DNA from: an uncultured Deinococcaceae bacterium
GTDB lineage: Bacteria; Deinococcota; Deinococci; Deinococcales; Deinococcaceae
Assembly (NCBI GenBank): GCA_964252075.1
Contig: CAXULY010000027.1
Coordinates: forward strand, 9,826 to 73,825
Direction of reading: 5' to 3'
Length of the DNA stretch: 64,000 nucleotides
Each line of letters opens with the position of its first letter. Position 1 is the stretch's first letter. Below are positions 9,897-19,459 of this stretch, in pieces. Made by a program: the position numbers and the translations under genes. A model generated the notes under the pieces. That model did no database searches and was not told the origin of the DNA. It saw nothing but the letters and a program-made list of their open reading frames with translations.

Positions 9897-10109
9897 TCAA
9901 TCGTCGAGCGCGATCATCACGTCGCTGGCTTTGATGACGGCGTACACCTGCTGGCCTTCGGTGAGGCCCAGACGCTCGGCGGACGCGCGGGTGATGGTCG
10001 AGGTGACTTCCGCGCCACCCTCCAGGGTGAGGGTGACTTCGGCTTCGACGTCCCCCAGTTTGAGGGCCGTGACCTGACCTTTCAGGGTGTTGCGGGCACT
10101 GATCTGCAT
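9897..10109 (-). CDS. mop: TOBE-domain molybdate-binding protein (molbindin)
   Basis: MQISARN.LKG....SxIT..S...LGL..G....A.IKASDV. Confidence 0.92.
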   Translation of the reverse strand: MQISARNTLKGQVTALKLGDVEAEVTLTLEGGAEVTSTITRASAERLGLTEGQQVYAVIKASDVMIALDD

Positions 10110-10138
10110 GGAAACTCCTTTCGGGTGGGGGCGTGCGG

Positions 10139-10900
10139 TCAGCGGGGAGGCTGGAAGCCCCACTTCTTCAAAATCTGCTGACCTTCAGGGGACAGCACGT
10201 ACTGCACGAAGGCCTGTGCCGCGTCGGGGTTCGCGCTGCCCTTCAGCACCCCGATGGGGTAGCTGGCGTTCTGATTGAAGCGCGTGGGCAGGGGGATGAC
10301 CCGCACGGCCGTTTTTAAGGAAGGCGTGACGTCCGTCACGTACACCACGGCCGCATCCGCCTCGCCCAGCTGCACCTTGAGGGCCACCTGACGCACGTCG
10401 GGCTCCTCGCTCACGACGTTCTTGAGGACGCGGGCGGAGAAGTCCTTGCCGTAGGAACCCGCTTTGTCGATGGCGGTGAGCATGCGTCGCGTGTAATCAC
10501 CGACCGGCACGGCCTTGTCGGCGATGACCAGCTTCACGCCGGGCGTGGCGAGGTCCGACAGCAGGTTCACGCGCGTGTCCGACTTGGGCGCGATGACGGT
10601 CAGCTTGTTGCTGACGAAGGCCTGCCCAGAGGCGACCAGGCCCTTGTCCACCAAGGGCGTGTACTGCGCGGTGTTCGCGCTGGCGTACACGTCCGCTTTC
10701 GCGCCGTTCTCCAGCTGTGTGCGCAGCGCCTGGGAGCCGGCGTACTGGAAGGTCGTCTTGTTGCCGGTCTTGGCGTCGAAGGCCCGCCCGAGCTCGGTGA
10801 AGGCGTCGGTGAGGGAGGCGGCGGCGAACACCGTGAGGTTCGCGGCGCTGGCGGCGCCAGTGCTGAGCAGCAGGGCGGTGAACAGTGCGGTTCGCGTCAT
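10139..10900 (-). CDS. modA: Molybdate ABC transporter substrate-binding protein
   Basis: VFAAASL, GSQAL..Q...GA.ADVYASA, VPVG.Y, GEADAA.VY.TD. Confidence 0.93.
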   Translation of the reverse strand: MTRTALFTALLLSTGAASAANLTVFAAASLTDAFTELGRAFDAKTGNKTTFQYAGSQALRTQLENGAKADVYASANTAQYTPLVDKGLVASGQAFVSNKLTVIAPKSDTRVNLLSDLATPGVKLVIADKAVPVGDYTRRMLTAIDKAGSYGKDFSARVLKNVVSEEPDVRQVALKVQLGEADAAVVYVTDVTPSLKTAVRVIPLPTRFNQNASYPIGVLKGSANPDAAQAFVQYVLSPEGQQILKKWGFQPPR

Positions 10901-12087
10901 GAATGCAGCTCCTGGAACAGCGGGTGAGTGGGGCCGGTGGTGTGCCAGGGTTCACCGGCGTGTGTGGGGTCGTAACCGCCCAGCAGGGCGAGGTCCGCGC
11001 GGAAGGCGGGGTCCTGCGCGACCTCAAGCAGGGCGGTGAGGGCGGGGTGGTGAAGGTGCGCGTCGGGCACCACCAGGTCAAAGCGCTCCACCTGCACGGG
11101 AATGAAGTGCAGTCCGAGCGCCTGCGCGGCGGAGCGCGGGCCGGGCGCCACATCCGCCTGCCCGCTCGCCACGCGCTGCGCCGCCTCCAGGTGACTGTGC
11201 ACCTCGTCCCCGTAGCCGGGGAGCGCCGCGCGCTGGGCGAGCGTGAGGCCAAGGTCCGTGAGCCACGAGTCGAGCAGCAACCGGCTGCCCGCCCCGCTTT
11301 CACGGTTGGTCAGCCGAAGGTGGGGCAGATCGGCCGGTCCGGTCACGCCCCTGGGATTGCCGGGCGGCAACATCAGGCCCTGCTCCCAGGACCACAGGGT
11401 CAGCAGGTGCATGACCTGCCCAGGGAACAGGCGTTCCACGAAAGGACGATTGGACACACCCGTCTCGGCATCCCACAAATGAATGGCGGCCGCATGCGCC
11501 TCCCCGCGCGCCAGGGCCTCCAGCGCGGCGACGCTTGAGGCAGGGTGCCACAACACCCGGACCTCTGGGGTGTGCACCGTGACGTGCGTGGAGAGCAGTT
11601 CCAGCGAGGGGTCACAGCCGGCCAGCACGGCCGTTCGGGACGGGCGGTCTATTGAACCCAGCAGGTCCACCAGCACAGCTCCGCCGGTCACCGGTCTGCC
11701 TTCAGGAGGATGGGCCACGCCGTCGGCCGTTTGCCTGAAGCCGGGCGTCCCGGTGAGGGGGAAGGCCAGCGTGCGCTCGCCGATGCGCGCCAGTTGCACG
11801 CGCGCGTCGCCGGTGATGGCGCCGCACAGGGTGGCAGTGAGGGCGGGCGGGGTGAGGGTGAAAAGGTCATCCACGCGGCAATTCAGGGCCTGCGCGAGTT
11901 GGAAGGCGATGAGGGTGCTGGGGGGATAGACGCCCGCCTCGATCTTGTGCAGCGCCTGGCGGGAAATGCCTGCCTGTCGCGCCAGTTCGCTGGGACCCAG
12001 GTGGGCACGCTCGCGCAGCGTGCGGACGTGCGAATGGAGGGTGACCGAGGTGGTGCCCACGCCGATACCGTAAACGATGGATGACAT
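10897..12087 (-). CDS. XRE-HTH plus PBP-type molybdate-binding transcriptional regulator
   Basis: N-terminal HTH (ELARQAGISRQALHKIEAG); C-terminal H.A.IHL, NRESGAGSR.LLD, E.FDLV. Confidence 0.85.
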   Translation of the reverse strand: MSSIVYGIGVGTTSVTLHSHVRTLRERAHLGPSELARQAGISRQALHKIEAGVYPPSTLIAFQLAQALNCRVDDLFTLTPPALTATLCGAITGDARVQLARIGERTLAFPLTGTPGFRQTADGVAHPPEGRPVTGGAVLVDLLGSIDRPSRTAVLAGCDPSLELLSTHVTVHTPEVRVLWHPASSVAALEALARGEAHAAAIHLWDAETGVSNRPFVERLFPGQVMHLLTLWSWEQGLMLPPGNPRGVTGPADLPHLRLTNRESGAGSRLLLDSWLTDLGLTLAQRAALPGYGDEVHSHLEAAQRVASGQADVAPGPRSAAQALGLHFIPVQVERFDLVVPDAHLHHPALTALLEVAQDPAFRADLALLGGYDPTHAGEPWHTTGPTHPLFQELHS

Positions 12088-12300
12088 CACGTCAACCAAA
12101 TGGGTGAGGACGATTCCACAGTGTGAGTGCATCCGACGAAACCACCATCAACCATTGCTACAGTGAAGTGCCTCACAGGCAGGCCAGTCCGTCCAGCGCC
12201 ATCCCCAGCCACAGGGACATCGCGCCGTTGAGACGTCCGAGTGTCGCCTGCGCGTCGTGTCCTGGGCGCCCTCACCCACAAGACCTGCACCAGTGCCCTG

Positions 12301-12591
12301 ATGGCCGACGTGCCCACCAGCATCAGCCACATCCGCGCCTTCATGCGCCGCGCCATGCAGCAGGCCTTCCCCGGCGCTGAGGAGGCGCACACTGACGAGC
12401 TGCTGCAGCTGGCCGCCGAGCACCCCGTCGGCTCGCGCGTGTCCATCCGCGTCAGCGCCCCGACCCGCCGCGGGGACGACTTCGACGCGGACGACGTGGT
12501 GCTCGCGCCGGACGCCCGCGACCGCGCGCTCGCCGCGCAGCAGGGTCCCTGGACGCAGGCCTTCCTGGACGGCACCGCCCGCGCGAGCTGA
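12301..12591 (+). CDS. Hypothetical protein
   Basis: ORF with GC3 bias followed by a GC hairpin. Confidence 0.4.
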   Translation: MADVPTSISHIRAFMRRAMQQAFPGAEEAHTDELLQLAAEHPVGSRVSIRVSAPTRRGDDFDADDVVLAPDARDRALAAQQGPWTQAFLDGTARAS

Positions 12592-13122
12592 GCGGACAGG
12601 CGGCAGGGCCCGGCGCGCAGGCCGGGCCCTGCCCCTTGCGTCCAGTGCCCCCGCTCGGGGGCGATGCACCGCCCGCACCCACGCTGCCGCTTGCGCCCGC
12701 ATCCGGGCGGGCGCAAGCGGCAGCGTAAACGCTTGCTTGCACGTCAGCGGCTCTGCTGTCGTGCACGATCACCCATAGGCCAGCTCAGACGCTAGCGTCA
12801 GTGGTGGCGCACAGGCGAGCATGGGCGCGAGCCCCCCGCCACCCGGCAGGGGCCACGCGATGTGGTCGAGAGCGGGCGGGGTCTCCCCTCCCCTGCCAGC
12901 AGCCACCGGGCGCCCCGGACGACCGACCGTCGAAGGCGCCGATCAGGAGAACGGCCCCTCCCCTGTGCGTGGGCGGGGCGAGCGTCAGCAGCGGCGCCCA
13001 GCGCGCTTGCGGTCACGCCCGCCACCGCGCGTGCAACCGTGCGCGCCATCACTTACGCTAGCATACACGGTGGCTTTTCTGCGCGCGCAGGCGCCCTCCT
13101 GCGTGCGTGTTAGTGTGCTCGC

Positions 13123-13743
13123 ATGCCAGAGAGCAAACGCGCCACCGCTGGCGCCACACAGCGGATCTCGCTGCTCAGCAGCAAGGGCGGGGTGGGCAAG
13201 AGCACCCTCGCGGTGAACCTCGCCGGGGCCCTCACGCAACGCGGCGACGTCGCCCTCCTCGACGAGGACCGCGCCATCCGCACCAGCAGCAAATGGGTGC
13301 GGCGCGGCGAGCTGCCCGTCACCCTCGTCGCGCCCGGCGAGCGCCTGCCCGCCACGCAGTACCTGGTGATCGACACCGAGGGCCGCCCGGCCCTGCAGGA
13401 CATGCTGGACCTCACCCAGGCCACCCTGACCCTCATCCCGACCGGCACGAGCGGCGTGGAGCTCGAGGCGACCCTGGACCTCTGGAAGACCCTCGCGGAC
13501 GCCGGCGCGAACCTCAGCCGCACGCGCGTGGTCGTCACGAAGGCCGAGCCGGTCGGCACGGTGGGCCAGCAGGCGCGCGACGCCCTGCGCGGGCAGGGCA
13601 TCACCGTGGCGAACGCCATCGTGCGCCAGTACGCCGCGTACAAGCGCGCGGCGGAGGAGGGCGTCTTCGTGCGCGACGTCCGGGACGGGCGCGCCGAGGC
13701 CGCCTGGAATGACATTCAGGCGCTCGCGCTGGAGGTGTGCTGA
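13123..13743 (+). CDS. parA: ParA-family partition ATPase (short type Ib)
   Basis: KGGVGKST deviant Walker A, VIDTEG Walker B; TAGTGT -10 6 nt before ATG. Confidence 0.92.
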   Translation: MPESKRATAGATQRISLLSSKGGVGKSTLAVNLAGALTQRGDVALLDEDRAIRTSSKWVRRGELPVTLVAPGERLPATQYLVIDTEGRPALQDMLDLTQATLTLIPTGTSGVELEATLDLWKTLADAGANLSRTRVVVTKAEPVGTVGQQARDALRGQGITVANAIVRQYAAYKRAAEEGVFVRDVRDGRAEAAWNDIQALALEVC

Positions 13744-14078
13744 TGGCCGGCGCGAAAGGCACGCGGCGCTTCGCGGACCTGCTGAGTGAGGAACCCAACC
13801 GGGACCAGGCGGCGCCGGTGGTGGAGGTGGCGACGCCCGCGCGCGGCATCCCGGACGACCTGCCCGCACCGACCACGGCGGGCTTCGTGGCCCGGAAGTC
13901 GTTGGGCGTGCGCGTCCGCACCGACCTCGCCGAGAACCTGGGGGACCTCACCGAGGCGCTGCGCGCGAAGGGCTGGCGGGTCCGCGAGCACACCCTGATC
14001 GAGTACTTCCTCGACCGCCTGAGCGACCCGGCCTTCGTGCGCCAGATGCTCACCGAGCTGCAGGCCAAGGACGCCTGA
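13743..14078 (+). CDS. Small ParG-like centromere-binding partner
   Basis: Coupled to parA (TGATG); disordered N-terminus, beta-alpha-alpha-like C-terminus. Confidence 0.6.
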   Translation: MAGAKGTRRFADLLSEEPNRDQAAPVVEVATPARGIPDDLPAPTTAGFVARKSLGVRVRTDLAENLGDLTEALRAKGWRVREHTLIEYFLDRLSDPAFVRQMLTELQAKDA

Positions 14079-14137
14079 CCCACACCTTCTGACGGCGCTC
14101 AAGGGCCACGACCTATCGGTCAACTTGAGCCGTTTCT

Positions 14138-14183
14138 GCGCCAGCGTGGCCGCCCGCACTCAAGCGGGCGGCCACGCTGGCGC
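14138..14183. repeat. 20-bp perfect inverted repeat (terminator or cruciform)
   Basis: GCGCCAGCGTGGCCGCCCGC-actcaa-GCGGGCGGCCACGCTGGCGC. Confidence 0.8.
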
Positions 14184-14263
14184 TTGCGCTATCGCAAGCG
14201 CTCGCACATAGGCGAGCGCTCAGGGTGTCGCAAGTGCTCGCCTGTGTGCGAGCTGGGAGGGTG

Positions 14264-14500
14264 TCACAGGCGCTCGAACAGCCGCACGGCGGCGTCCTCG
14301 TCGCCGACCTCCCGCACCCAGAACGCGCCGTCCTCGGTGATCAGGTGGTACAGCGCCACGCTGTCCGACCCCCGGCTGAAGCGGTGAATCTGCACCTGGC
14401 TCCCGATCGGCAGGCCGGCAGGGGAATCCCCGACCACCGTGCACAGCACGGTGCCGTCCAGTGGTGAGGTGACAGCGGATTCAGGGCGGAGCTTGATCAC
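14264..14500 (-). CDS. Hypothetical protein
   Basis: 78-aa ORF with a TAGCGT -10-like element upstream. Confidence 0.5.
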   Translation of the reverse strand: MIKLRPESAVTSPLDGTVLCTVVGDSPAGLPIGSQVQIHRFSRGSDSVALYHLITEDGAFWVREVGDEDAAVRLFERL

Positions 14501-14546
14501 GGTCCGGACACGCTAGCGTCAGTGATCCAGCGAGGCGCGCATCACG

Positions 14547-15878
14547 TCACCGTTGCCGTCCGAGGTCCCCCGAGTCCTTTGCGGGGGATGCGCGGGGAAA
14601 GCGCTCAAGGTACGCGAACAGAAAATGCGAGACGACCTCCACGAAGGGCGACTCCCGCATGCGCCGCAGCGGCTGTCGCGCCCCGCAGGACAAGCAGCGG
14701 CTCAGAAGGTATCCGGGCGCGCCACCCTGTGGGCGGAAGTACTCCAGCATTGGCGCGAGCCGCTGGTACTCCGGCAGGTAGCGCCTGGTGTCCACACACA
14801 GCATGGGGCGCTGACACGCCAGGCAGCGGCGCGCCACGAAGTCCGGGCCTTCCCAAGCGTACTCGCGAAGCCAGTCGTGCAGGCCCGGGACCGCCTGGGC
14901 ATACCGGCGGGCGAAGCGGTAGGTGCTCTCGAACTGCAGGAGATGCTCATACACGTACCCTTCGAAGGGCGCCAGCAGGTCCGGGCCGAACTGCTGCCGC
15001 TGGACGGCCAACGAGTGTGTCCTGCGCTCGCGTTCGAGGACCGCACGTTCACGCCGCTCGGCTTCCAGTCGGGCCTGGGCCTGCGCCTCAGCAGCCAGGT
15101 GCGCCGCCCACCGCCGTTGCGCATCCATGCAGGCTTCACAACTCCAGGGCGTCAGGGATGATCCGCCCTCGCGCCTCGCGTGCAGCACCCGGGTCACGAG
15201 GCGCTCCGGCACGAACGCGCCTTCCAGGGGGACAGACAGTGGCGCTGGCTGCCCAAGGCGCCACGTGAGTTTGTCCACCAGCTGGGCGCGGGTGGCACGC
15301 ATGCAGGAGCGAAGGGATTCCTCGTCATCTCCGGTGATGTCATCATCGACAACTGGGGTCAGCACGTGTGGATTCGCGGCAGTCGCGGCGGCGTCCAGTT
15401 CCAACCAGGGCGCACTCAACTGGGCCGCTTTCACGCGCCCCACGCGGTGAGCGAAGAACACCTCGAAGCCGAACACGACTGAACCCTCATGGAGCAACGC
15501 CACGTCCAGGCGATACTCCCCGATGGTGACCTCCTCGCGCACTTCGTCGAAGACCGGCGGGGACCAGAGCTCCAGCATCGCCTCCTGGCAGCGGTGGCGC
15601 TGGCACACCCGCAACAGCCCGAACTCCGCTCCGGGTTCACTCAGCGCCTGCACCAGCCGCATCTTCGCCGCCAGATGCACCACGCTCTCTCCGCTGCATT
15701 CGCTGCCCGACCGGTGCGCGAAGTGCGCGATGACGGGCCGGCCCGCGCGGGTGTGCGCTGTGCGGAAAGAAACGGGCTCGTCACACTGCAAGCAGCGGTA
15801 GGGGCCTCCGGGCAGGGGCCGTCCCGGGTCCGCCAATTCGCCATCCGGCGTGAGGGCGAAGGGCACGGCCTGGGGCAC
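14547..15878 (-). CDS. CoiA-like zinc finger plus PD-(D/E)XK nuclease protein
   Basis: YRCLQC...HFAH...C.GES..H..AK; RLDV....FEV...H; additional CxxC pairs. Confidence 0.75.
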   Translation of the reverse strand: MPQAVPFALTPDGELADPGRPLPGGPYRCLQCDEPVSFRTAHTRAGRPVIAHFAHRSGSECSGESVVHLAAKMRLVQALSEPGAEFGLLRVCQRHRCQEAMLELWSPPVFDEVREEVTIGEYRLDVALLHEGSVVFGFEVFFAHRVGRVKAAQLSAPWLELDAAATAANPHVLTPVVDDDITGDDEESLRSCMRATRAQLVDKLTWRLGQPAPLSVPLEGAFVPERLVTRVLHARREGGSSLTPWSCEACMDAQRRWAAHLAAEAQAQARLEAERRERAVLERERRTHSLAVQRQQFGPDLLAPFEGYVYEHLLQFESTYRFARRYAQAVPGLHDWLREYAWEGPDFVARRCLACQRPMLCVDTRRYLPEYQRLAPMLEYFRPQGGAPGYLLSRCLSCGARQPLRRMRESPFVEVVSHFLFAYLERFPRASPAKDSGDLGRQR

Positions 15879-15962
15879 ACCTCAGGGTAGGGGAGAGGCC
15901 CACGCGATCAGCCCACATTCATGGATGTACGGCAGCCGGTCAGGAAGAGGGAGAGCTGATCA

Positions 15963-16373
15963 TCAGGCGGCGTCGAGGATGTAGGCGCTGAACAGCCCGA
16001 AGCGGTCCAGCGCGGCGGCGTCCTCTAGGCGCACCAGGTGGCCCCGCGCGGGGTGATAGTCACCGAGCGTGTCCTGCAGGAGGACTGCCTTGCCGCCGTG
16101 CCCGTCCGACACAAAGCCGCGCAGCAGCTCCACCAAGTCCTGCACCAGCGGCAGCGCGTCGCGGTCGACATCGCCGTCGCGCGCGGCGAGCGCCACCACG
16201 CCGTCCGCTGTGAAGCGCTCGGCGCAGGCCTCCACGTCGTGCGGCTCGTAGACTTCCTCCTCGAAGACGGCGACCAGCTGGCGGTCCACGCCGCGCAGCA
16301 GCAGGGTGGCGTGGCGGGGAGCGGCGAGGGCGGCGGCGAGCAGGTCCTGGACAGTAAAAATGCGTTCGTTCAT
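15963..16373 (-). CDS. Hypothetical protein
   Basis: 136-aa ORF that shares its upstream element with the next gene. Confidence 0.6.
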   Translation of the reverse strand: MNERIFTVQDLLAAALAAPRHATLLLRGVDRQLVAVFEEEVYEPHDVEACAERFTADGVVALAARDGDVDRDALPLVQDLVELLRGFVSDGHGGKAVLLQDTLGDYHPARGHLVRLEDAAALDRFGLFSAYILDAA

Positions 16374-16444
16374 GGCTGTATGTTTGCTTGCCAGCGCCGC
16401 CGGGCGGTGTGTCGTTTGTGTCCTGAATATGTGCGCCAGGAGCG

Positions 16445-16472
16445 AAAAAAAGCCCCGGCACCTGGCCGGGGC
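16445..16472 (-). terminator. Rho-independent terminator
   Basis: GCCCCGGC-caggt-GCCGGGGC followed by a T7 run on the minus strand. Confidence 0.75.
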
Positions 16473-16489
16473 GGTGGGGGAGGGGGGGG

Positions 16490-16870
16490 TCAGAGGAGGA
16501 CCAGCGGGCGCCGCACGTTGCGGTCAAGCACCTCGAGCACCTCCTCCGCGACGTCGACGTTGTCAGCCGCCAGCAGGCGCATCTTGGCCCCGTCCAGGCT
16601 GGCGGGCAGGCAGGCGGCGAAGCGCTGGGCGACCCGGGCGCGGCGCAGGTTGGCCTCCACGTCCGCCCGGAAGGCCGCGAGGGCGGCGGCGTCGGCGGCG
16701 AGCGCGTCGGTGTCGCTGGGGAAGGCCACCCGACCGCACAGGTCGTGCGTGCGGAGGTACATCGCTTCGAGCTGGCGGCGGAAGCGCACCACGGCACGGC
16801 GCCCGAGGTGGGCGGCGAGGACGGCGCTGGTGGGGCGGAGGTCGATGCGGACGAGGTTTTTCGCGTTCAT
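16490..16870 (-). CDS. Hypothetical protein
   Basis: 126-aa ORF (MNAKNLVRID) with a duplicated upstream element. Confidence 0.6.
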   Translation of the reverse strand: MNAKNLVRIDLRPTSAVLAAHLGRRAVVRFRRQLEAMYLRTHDLCGRVAFPSDTDALAADAAALAAFRADVEANLRRARVAQRFAACLPASLDGAKMRLLAADNVDVAEEVLEVLDRNVRRPLVLL

Positions 16871-17116
16871 GGGTGTATGTTTGCTTCCCACAGGCCCCGG
16901 GTGGTGTGCGGCAGACGTGCGAAAAATGTGCGCTAGGCGCAGAGCCAGATGGCGCACGCCGCATGGCCGACGCGCCCATCCGCACCGCCCGGCGACAATG
17001 ATCAGGTCGGTCGGAGGGACCCACGGGAGGTCCCGTGGGTCCGGCGGAAGGCCGCAGGAGCGGCCCAACGCTCCGTCCCGGTGGAGTCCGGCCTGTGCGC
17101 CCAGTCCACCACCCAC

Positions 17117-17190
17117 TGGAAGTTCGTCCAACGGGAGGGCAGCACCCTCTGGAGGTGCTGATCAGGGTTCGAGTCCCTGCCTCCCCGCCA
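17117..17190 (+). tRNA. tRNA-Gln(CTG), acceptor stem degenerate
   Basis: GCACC-CTCTGGA-GGTGC anticodon arm, CAGGG-TTCGAGT-CCCTG T arm, 3' CCA; three acceptor mismatches. Confidence 0.75.
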
Positions 17191-17193
17191 CAC

Positions 17194-17270
17194 AGGCCTT
17201 GAGCTCGGCTTGGTCGAGCGCTGGCTTCCAACCCCAGAGGTCGCAGGTTCGAATCCTGCAGGGCCTGCCA
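17194..17270 (+). tRNA. tRNA-Trp(CCA), atypical anticodon arm
   Basis: AGGCCTT/AGGGCCT acceptor, G73, CCA end, GCAGG-TTCGAAT-CCTGC T arm; C31-C39 mismatch. Confidence 0.75.
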
Positions 17271-17492
17271 AAGACGAGAAGCGATTACGCCCACGGTGGT
17301 TGTGTCTCGTGCACACCCAGTCCCACCAACGTGTATTCCGTCACCCAATTATGCGGCGTGTTGGCCGCGAGTACAGGGGTAACCAGAGCCTTCGTGTCAG
17401 TTTGTGTTTCTCCCAGCGATGGCAATGTTCCTATGCCTTGCCTCCCTTGTGGAGTGACCAACTACTGCATTTGGTAGTAGAATTTCGGGAAC

Positions 17493-18782
17493 ATGGACAA
17501 ATACAGAGTCGACGATGTATTTGGAGTGTCACGTGACGAGCCCTTGAATTACGTGGATCGTGATTATGTTGACCAGGAATTTTTGAATAATCTTGTAAGA
17601 GACAAGCACATAGTAGTCTATGGCGGGTCAAAACAAGGTAAAACATCCCTAAGGAAGCACTGCTTGGACGATAGAGATTACATATTAATACAATGTAGTA
17701 ATCGAATGAAGCTTGACAAGCTATTTGAATCAATACTTAAGCAGGCCGGTTTTAAGATATCGGTTTCTAGTAGCAGAACATCTTCTGGAAAACAAAAAAT
17801 AAATGCATCATTTAGCGTCAGCATTCCTGGCATCTTAGGGATCAATGTTGGTCCAGAGAAAGAGACAGAAAAGAAAGATGAGGATGTTACTAGACCCTTT
17901 GAAATAGATACTGAAGACGTCAATGATGTCATAGACGCTCTTAATTCTGTTGGCTTCAATAAGTATATAGTCGTCGAAGATTTCCACTATTTAGAAGTGG
18001 AAACACAAGCAGACTTTTCTGTTGCCTTAAAAGCGTTTCATGAAAGATCAAAAATGACATTCATTGTCATTGGCGTATGGCTTGAAGGAGACCGACTAAC
18101 AACATACAATGGTGATCTGTTGGGTCGAATCGTTTCTGTCGATGCTGATAAATGGGACAAGGCAGATCTTTATAAGGTCATTGAAAAGGGGGCACAATTA
18201 TTAAATATTACCTTCGACGATGACTTTTGCAGAGTTCTGATCGAGAACTGCTTTAACAGTGTTTATTTAGTACAAGAAGTTTGTCAAAAGATTTGTAGGG
18301 ACAGCAATATTCTTGAAACGCAACACCAATCAGTGAAGCTTGGCGAGAACGTAGACGTAAAGGATATGATAGGCAATATAGTTTCAAAAAATAACGGTAG
18401 ATATGAAGTTTTTATTAGGAATTTTGCTAACGGCTTTCAGTCAACGCAGCTTGACATGTATAGGTGGATATTATATTCCATTGTGATTTCACCAATCGAT
18501 GAAATTGAGCATGGAATTAGGCTAACTGACGTGAATCGAAAAATAAAGAACAAACATCCTCAAGGTACAAGTCTAAACGCTGGTAGTCTAACGCAGGCGT
18601 TACAAAGTGTTTCCTCGCTACAAGTGACTAAAGGCATCAAGCCAATTATCGTGGACTATGATGCTTCAAATCGCATTCTTAACACTGTTGATAGACAGTT
18701 TTTAGTATGGTTTAGCAGTCAGCGCGTAGAGGATATGCTTATTACTGCTGGATTTGATGACCCTGCGTCTGTACTTCCATAA
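17493..18782 (+). CDS. Low-GC P-loop ATPase with probable C-terminal winged helix (moron, candidate defence gene)
   Basis: GGSKQGKTS Walker A, IVVEDFH Walker B; AT-rich. Confidence 0.8.
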   Translation: MDKYRVDDVFGVSRDEPLNYVDRDYVDQEFLNNLVRDKHIVVYGGSKQGKTSLRKHCLDDRDYILIQCSNRMKLDKLFESILKQAGFKISVSSSRTSSGKQKINASFSVSIPGILGINVGPEKETEKKDEDVTRPFEIDTEDVNDVIDALNSVGFNKYIVVEDFHYLEVETQADFSVALKAFHERSKMTFIVIGVWLEGDRLTTYNGDLLGRIVSVDADKWDKADLYKVIEKGAQLLNITFDDDFCRVLIENCFNSVYLVQEVCQKICRDSNILETQHQSVKLGENVDVKDMIGNIVSKNNGRYEVFIRNFANGFQSTQLDMYRWILYSIVISPIDEIEHGIRLTDVNRKIKNKHPQGTSLNAGSLTQALQSVSSLQVTKGIKPIIVDYDASNRILNTVDRQFLVWFSSQRVEDMLITAGFDDPASVLP

Positions 18783-18841
18783 TCTACAGGTTTAAAACCA
18801 TATGCCGTGCTTGAATTAAGTACGGCCTTTTGTATCACCTT

Positions 18842-19309
18842 TTATTGGGCGCGGGCCTGCACGTCCACGGCGGCCACCTCGATCACCATGCCGTCCAGGC
18901 CGGTGGTCTCGGTGTCCAGGACCAGCACGGTCGGGTCCGCCACCCAGTCCCGAAACACCGCGAGCGCCTCCTGAAGGCCGGTGGTGAGTTCCTCGGCGAG
19001 GCGGGCGCGGCGGCGGTCCAGGCGGCGGCCCTCGGCGGCCCGCAGGCGGGCGCGCTCCGCCTCCTGGTTGGCCGCGCGGGTCAGCCGGGCCTGCTCGATA
19101 CCGAGGAGCTGCCCCTCAGTGAGTGGCCGCTTGGGCGTCGCCTCGCGACGGTCATACAGGACCGTCTCGTCCTTGCCGCGGTTGTACGTGATGGTCGCGC
19201 GCTCCGGGCCGCCCGGCAGGAGGCCCTCCCGCCTGAGCGCCGTGCGGGTGCGCAGGTGCTCGGGCACCTCCGACCAGTGCTGGTAACGGGGGAGAGGAGA
19301 GGTGATCAT
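18842..19309 (-). pseudogene. Truncated DEDDh (DnaQ-like) 3'-5' exonuclease
   Basis: LVLDTETTGL...IEVAAVD Exo I motif, then a stop exactly at the GC boundary. Confidence 0.7.
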
Positions 19310-19459
19310 GTGCGCCACGCATCGTACGTGACCATCCCAGATATGTTCAGGTGTGGTCACCTATGGCGGAGGTCATTCATACATTCGATGCGAAATCGAC
19401 CGTTGGAGGCATCCTCATAGAATTTAGCGGCACTCACGTCCGTTCGACTTCGTAGCCCG

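Noticed and set aside
14138..14183. Protelomerase telRL site of a linear phage-plasmid
   Set aside because: GC-rich with a 6-nt loop between convergent genes; no protelomerase recognised
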